NCBI GenBank assembly: GCA_034669905.1
Contig: JAXMOL010000020.1
Location: 1 to 64,000, forward strand
DNA length: 64,000 nucleotides
DNA from: Candidatus Hydrogenedentota bacterium
GTDB lineage: Bacteria > Hydrogenedentota > Hydrogenedentia > Hydrogenedentales > JAEUWI01
Direction: 5' to 3'
The translations under genes were made by a program, and so were the position numbers. Shown here one piece after another: positions 59,641 to 64,000 of the stretch. The first letter of the stretch is position 1. Every line of letters begins with the position of its first letter. The notes under the pieces are model-generated. The model saw nothing but the letters and a program-made list of their open reading frames with translations. It was not told the DNA's origin and searched no databases.

Positions 59641-60474
59641 TTAATCTTTTCCATCCCGTGGTGCTTCTTCTTCCACCGGATCGGTCGGCGCTTTGCGTAG
59701 AGGCTGAAGGAGCAGGCGGTCCAGCCAATGTTCCCGTTCTTCCCGGAAGGCGTTGATGCCGATAGTCATCCCTTCGTGTCCCTTTTCCGGCTGGGCGCGG
59801 TAGGTGCCACAGAGCCGGTCCCAGATGGCGAGGTTAAAGCCGAAGTTGCTGTCTGTTTCCCGGCGTATGACCGAGTGGTGGACGCGGTGCATATCGGGGG
59901 TTACGATGAACATCCGCAGTACGGCATCGACTTTCAAGGGAAGCCGGATGTTGGCATGGTTGAAGAGGGCCATGCCGTTGAGGATAACTTCGAAGACCAG
60001 CACCGCAAGGACTGGTGGTCCGAGGGTGACGATGGCGGCGAGCTTGAGGACCATGGACAGGACTATCTCCACAACGTGGAAACGAATGCCTGAACTGGCG
60101 TCGAGGTCCACATCACTGTGGTGGACCCGATGAAGTCGCCAGAGCAGCGGGACGGCGTGGAACATGACGTGTTGGAGGTAGATGATGAAATCGAGGGCCA
60201 CCACGCTGAGGAGAAAGGTCACCGCGTAGGGCCAATCGAGGTGGTTGAAGAGCCCCCATTGCTGTTCGACGGCGAGATGGGCCATGGCCATGCTGGCCAG
60301 CGGGGGGATGAGGGCGAGCACGATACTGCTGAGCACCACGAGCCCCAGATTGCTCATCCACCGGATGGCCTTGCGCGCCGTAAGGGCACGGCGCGGTGCG
60401 AAGCGTTCCCAGAGTCCGAAGAGGACAAGGAGTGAAACAAAGGTGCCAAGGCGAATCAGGCTTTCGGTATTCAT
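59641..60474 (-). CDS. Sterol desaturase / fatty acid hydroxylase family protein
   Basis: His boxes HVMFH, HRVHH, FNH and HRVHH; NFGFNLAIWDRLCGT. Confidence 0.92.
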   Translation of the reverse strand: MNTESLIRLGTFVSLLVLFGLWERFAPRRALTARKAIRWMSNLGLVVLSSIVLALIPPLASMAMAHLAVEQQWGLFNHLDWPYAVTFLLSVVALDFIIYLQHVMFHAVPLLWRLHRVHHSDVDLDASSGIRFHVVEIVLSMVLKLAAIVTLGPPVLAVLVFEVILNGMALFNHANIRLPLKVDAVLRMFIVTPDMHRVHHSVIRRETDSNFGFNLAIWDRLCGTYRAQPEKGHEGMTIGINAFREEREHWLDRLLLQPLRKAPTDPVEEEAPRDGKD

Positions 60475-60544
60475 GATGGATTCCTGGGTAGGGTAAGTCA
60501 ATAGACGATAGTTTACCCATGAATAGAGATGAAATTACACCGCC

Positions 60545-60611
60545 GGACAGGGTGGACGACGGCGCAGCCAATCAGGTCCACAACGCCCACCTCGTCTGCT
60601 CAGTCCACAGA
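60545..60611. repeat. Degenerate GTGGAC/GTCCAC foldback element
   Basis: CCACCTCGTCTGCTCAGTCCAC (60587-60608) matches 30729-30750 at 21/22 nt. Confidence 0.7.
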
Positions 60612-60635
60612 AACTTCGGAGCTCCTGGATTTCAT

Positions 60636-61742
60636 CTATTCCGCCGGGTTCAAATTCCCACGACGGTGGTCAATCGCTGTGTTCTCCATGATGTTGCCGT
60701 GAATCAAGACAGGTTTCTGCGACTCCGTCTCGTCGTCAACGATAATCGTCATGTGCTCGAAGACGTTACCGGTCAATACCGTATTTCCACCCCGGATATA
60801 CAGGGGCAGGCTAGGGTTCTCCGGGTGGTTGTAAATGCTGTTTCCCGTTACGGCGCTTTCCGTGCCGCGGATGTCCATAGCCCGGCCAAGTTTTCCGCCC
60901 TTCTCTACGCGAATCACATTGCCGTTGATGGCGTGGTGCTTGGATTTGGCCCAGGAGCGAAAGCCAATGTCGATGTCGCCAATCTCTGTGACCTGGAGGA
61001 TGTTGTCGGACATGATGATATTGTCGCCCCGGTCGGAGCCAAAGGCCACGTGGGTGCGGCCGGTGATCTCGGCATAGTTGCCGCGAATCTCGCCGGGACC
61101 GGTGAGAATCTCCACCACGTCTGAGCCGGCATTGCCGAGCACGTTGTCCACCACATGCATGTTGGAACCCTCCAGCATAATGCCGAGACGGCGCGCATTC
61201 ATGACGTAACAGTTGCGCACCGTGATGTGATGGATGTCCGCGCCGCTCTCGCCGCCGGGCCAGGTGCGGAAGGCCTTGATGCCACAGAATTCAAAGCGCG
61301 CGTGGGAGACATCGGGGTCCCCTTCGCCGAGGGGGTTGGCATCCCGGTTGGCGTCCACATAGAGATCGCGGATGACCACATGGCCCACGCCGAGGCCGAT
61401 GATTCGGATGACGTTGGTTTCCTGGGCCGGGGCCTGAATGAGTTTGGTTGCCGCGCCCTGCCCCGCCAAGGTCACATGGCTGCGCTCGATGAGGACCCCG
61501 CCCAGATTGCCTTCTTCGCGGCGGATGTCGAAGGTGCCTTCGGTCAGCTGCACCGTGCCGCCCGCTTTCGGGAGGGCGCGGATGGCCGCATTGATTTCCA
61601 CCTGGTCACCCTCGCCATCGGCCACGTAGTGGGCCCCGGCTTTGGCGGTGGGGGAGGCGTCGTGGGCGGCGACCACGAGGGTGGCGCTGTGCGCTGTTGT
61701 AGCGAGCAGGAGACTCAAGAGGAGTGTGTGTACGATGCGCAT
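60636..61742 (-). CDS. Secreted right-handed parallel beta-helix protein
   Basis: Signal peptide; INAAI..GGTVQL..G.F cap; repeated I.GN.I units. Confidence 0.8.
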   Translation of the reverse strand: MRIVHTLLLSLLLATTAHSATLVVAAHDASPTAKAGAHYVADGEGDQVEINAAIRALPKAGGTVQLTEGTFDIRREEGNLGGVLIERSHVTLAGQGAATKLIQAPAQETNVIRIIGLGVGHVVIRDLYVDANRDANPLGEGDPDVSHARFEFCGIKAFRTWPGGESGADIHHITVRNCYVMNARRLGIMLEGSNMHVVDNVLGNAGSDVVEILTGPGEIRGNYAEITGRTHVAFGSDRGDNIIMSDNILQVTEIGDIDIGFRSWAKSKHHAINGNVIRVEKGGKLGRAMDIRGTESAVTGNSIYNHPENPSLPLYIRGGNTVLTGNVFEHMTIIVDDETESQKPVLIHGNIMENTAIDHRRGNLNPAE

Positions 61743-61789
61743 GGAAAGTTCCTTGTTTTGCGGTGAACGAAAGAAAGAGGCTTGCCGCC

Positions 61790-63013
61790 TTATCGGTTCA
61801 GTGTTTCGGCGTAGGTGCTTACATAGCCGCCGTCAACGACGGCATCTACATGTTCGGTCAGGGTGTTGAGGGTGAAAAAGGCTACACCCTCGACGCCCTC
61901 CTCGCGGCTGACAGTGAGGTAATCGTTGATGTCGGCCGGCTGCTTGATGCCGCCGTGGCTCGTTACGATGCCCAGGCAGAAGGTCAACAGCGCCTCGGAA
62001 TCGGCGGGAATTTGGGCGCGGGCGCTCTTCATGCGGTTGCGGAAGACCTTCATGTAGTCGTCGCCGTAGTTGTCCGTGTAGCAATAGCCCGACGCGTTGA
62101 CCACGTCGATGTGCCCTGCGGCGACCCAGTCTACCCAGCGCTGGCCCACATAGTGGCCATCCGCCACGTGGGCGCCCCAGGAGTAGAGGACCTTCCGCAC
62201 ATCGGGCAAGGCCACGTTAATGGCCTGGACCAGTTCGGTCAGTTGGGATTCTTTGTAGCGCTGGTAGGGCGTGTCGCCCCGGTCGTTGACGGTATAGGGT
62301 GCGCCACCGGTGGATTCGTTGTAGGCCGCCATACCGCTTTCATCGAGGAGCATGGGCCGGTTGGGGTAGCGGACGTAGTCGAGGGTGATTCCCGTCAAAT
62401 GATAGCGGGATACGAGTTCCTTGAGTGCGCCTACGACCCAGGCGCGTGCCTCCGGGTTAGCGGGAGAGATGAAGCCATACTTTTTTCCCGTCTCATTGCG
62501 CAGTGCCCACTCCGGGTGCTTTTCCAGGGTGCCGCGGGGTTCTTCGTGACCGGAGACCAAGACGGGCACGGTGGGATAGACCGCCATGCCCGCTTTTCGC
62601 GCTGTGGCGATGAAGGCACCGGCGGCGTCCCAGTCCCCATAGAGGTTTTCCGGGTGGTGGGTGCTCGGGTAGTAGGCCCGGCCTGCCGAGTCCGCTACGT
62701 AGGGCATGAGCACCGTGATGCCCGCGCGCCTGGCCGTCGCGACAGCGGCTTCGATGTCGGCGAGTCGTTTCTCCAGCGGGTCTGAAGGCACGGCGATTCG
62801 ATGGAGATGGACGTAGGCACCGATGAAGGAGGATGGGGTGACGGGGGCTGGCAGGTTGGCGTCGGTATCGAAGTAATCACCCGAATTACTGAGGATAACT
62901 TCGGTCTCGGCGTTCTGTAATTCAGCGAGGACGGGGAGGCAGCCACATAGCCAAGCGAGCAAGAGGACGGTGAATGGAGCGCGCCTGGTGAAAAGGATTG
63001 GACAGAAATTCAT
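61790..63013 (-). CDS. GHL10 (DUF187) glycosyl hydrolase-like protein
   Basis: AYYPS, HPEW, ISPANPEAR, GITLDYVRYP and QRWVDW. Confidence 0.82.
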   Translation of the reverse strand: MNFCPILFTRRAPFTVLLLAWLCGCLPVLAELQNAETEVILSNSGDYFDTDANLPAPVTPSSFIGAYVHLHRIAVPSDPLEKRLADIEAAVATARRAGITVLMPYVADSAGRAYYPSTHHPENLYGDWDAAGAFIATARKAGMAVYPTVPVLVSGHEEPRGTLEKHPEWALRNETGKKYGFISPANPEARAWVVGALKELVSRYHLTGITLDYVRYPNRPMLLDESGMAAYNESTGGAPYTVNDRGDTPYQRYKESQLTELVQAINVALPDVRKVLYSWGAHVADGHYVGQRWVDWVAAGHIDVVNASGYCYTDNYGDDYMKVFRNRMKSARAQIPADSEALLTFCLGIVTSHGGIKQPADINDYLTVSREEGVEGVAFFTLNTLTEHVDAVVDGGYVSTYAETLNR

Positions 63014-63149
63014 CGTAGACCTTTCAGGAAGGAATTGAACATCAAGCCGGGAAGCATGGCTTTACCCGCGTCATGCTAACAAAGTGTCTTGCTAAAAGGA
63101 AGGTACGAATGCCAGTCTTCCTTCATACCCTATTTTGAGGAAGGTTCTT

Positions 63150-63237
63150 TGGAGTTTGGCAGCTTGCTGCGGGTGCGTCCTGATAAGCCGCGAGCAAGCT
63201 CGCTTCGTAAGAGTGTAAGCAAGCTTACGCACTCCAG
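63150..63237. repeat. REPIN-like element, same family as 55404-55691
   Basis: TGGAGT...GCACTCCAG ends with AGCAAGCT-centred hairpins. Confidence 0.7.
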
Positions 63238-63509
63238 AGGGTCCACCTGCTTAATCCTCTGTAGGGTGTTTACGCTTTTCGAACTAACAGATAGGTGGGC
63301 AAGGGCCTTGATGGCGAATAGCCCCCAGCGTACAAACTTACCTGGCTCGTGGAGACGTGCCTGCTGACGATCGCGCGGCACGAATGTTGGTTGTTGGGGG
63401 CGGCTTTCCTGATGGCACTCACGCGGCGCGCCTGGGGTGCTTTCTGCTATGCTTGTGGCTTGTTCAATTCAAACTGCACCCCGAATTTATCCCTTGGAAA
63501 GCCCGTACT

Positions 63510-64000
63510 ATGTCTGAAAAGAAATTCTGCTTCTCGCCCGAAAAGCTCATGCCCCTGGTGAAAGACGGCGGCTACTGCTATGCGACGGACGAGATTACCG
63601 TGGGCGGTCGCCCCGTAGGCTATATGTATCGCGAGCCGCCGATGGACGATGGGGATTCGGGATGGCGCTTTTATGCGGGCGATGAGAGCGATGCCTACGT
63701 GGATGATGAGGCCAACCATGGCGAGTTCGATTTGAACACGATTGCCAATTGTGACCAGGATACCTTGCTCATGCTGGACGCGCCCGTGGGTGCGGCCTTC
63801 GCACGGAATCCCCAATCCGGGGAATTCGAGCCCACCGAGAGTCCCGTCGAACCCGATGAGTGCCTCCATCCCGATTATCCCATCGTGGAAGGGTACCATG
63901 CCCTCAGCGATGTGTGGCATGTCACCTTGCCGGCCAAATTCAATCGAACGATCGAGGAAGATGCGCTGGTTTTGTGGCGACCCGATATGAGCCTCTATTT
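63510..64000 (+). CDS. DUF2185 (Imm33-like) domain protein, truncated by the window end; not in the supplied ORF track
   Basis: MSEKKF...CYATDEITVGGRPVGYMYREPP..DSGWRFYAGDESDAY...DLNTIANCD; frame stays open to the end. Confidence 0.85.
   Translation, partial: MSEKKFCFSPEKLMPLVKDGGYCYATDEITVGGRPVGYMYREPPMDDGDSGWRFYAGDESDAYVDDEANHGEFDLNTIANCDQDTLLMLDAPVGAAFARNPQSGEFEPTESPVEPDECLHPDYPIVEGYHALSDVWHVTLPAKFNRTIEEDALVLWRPDMSLY

Overview
GC-rich bacterial chromosomal window with about 45 protein genes. I found no rRNA, tRNA, CRISPR array, integrase or transposase. The DUF1559/H-X9-DG prepilin-like protein, PVC-type heme-binding dehydrogenase, DUF1080 protein and sulfatase point to a PVC-like or Candidatus Hydrogenedentes organism (inference). 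The window holds a fliW-csrA operon running into three probable flagellin-glycosylation genes, a GntR(YtrA)/ABC-ATPase pair, an RND efflux pair, ldhA, TetR with DUF1559, a solo AAA+/DUF4143 ATPase-nuclease, carbohydrate-active and secreted proteins, uvrC, nnrD, thiL, a FecR/DUF6600 + lipoprotein operon divergent from a Ser/Thr kinase, an MFS permease and a partial DUF2185 gene at the right edge. The most unusual signals are: (i) the gntR gene and its promoter/operator lie between oppositely oriented 9-bp minisatellite arrays ending in a perfect 18-bp inverted repeat, a candidate invertible switch, with a (TGAAGGG)11 G-quadruplex-type array next to the -35 box; (ii) a 252-bp tandem array of double-hairpin units lies where the ABC permease would be expected; (iii) a dispersed family of 9-bp-periodic foldback elements and REP-like elements has no cognate transposase in view; (iv) a Hanks kinase is fused to a tandem MshEN c-di-GMP-binding domain; (v) the AAA+/nuclease gene looks leaderless and operator-controlled; (vi) a GH2-fold protein appears to lack its catalytic glutamates. 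All family calls come from recognising motifs by eye, not from database searches.
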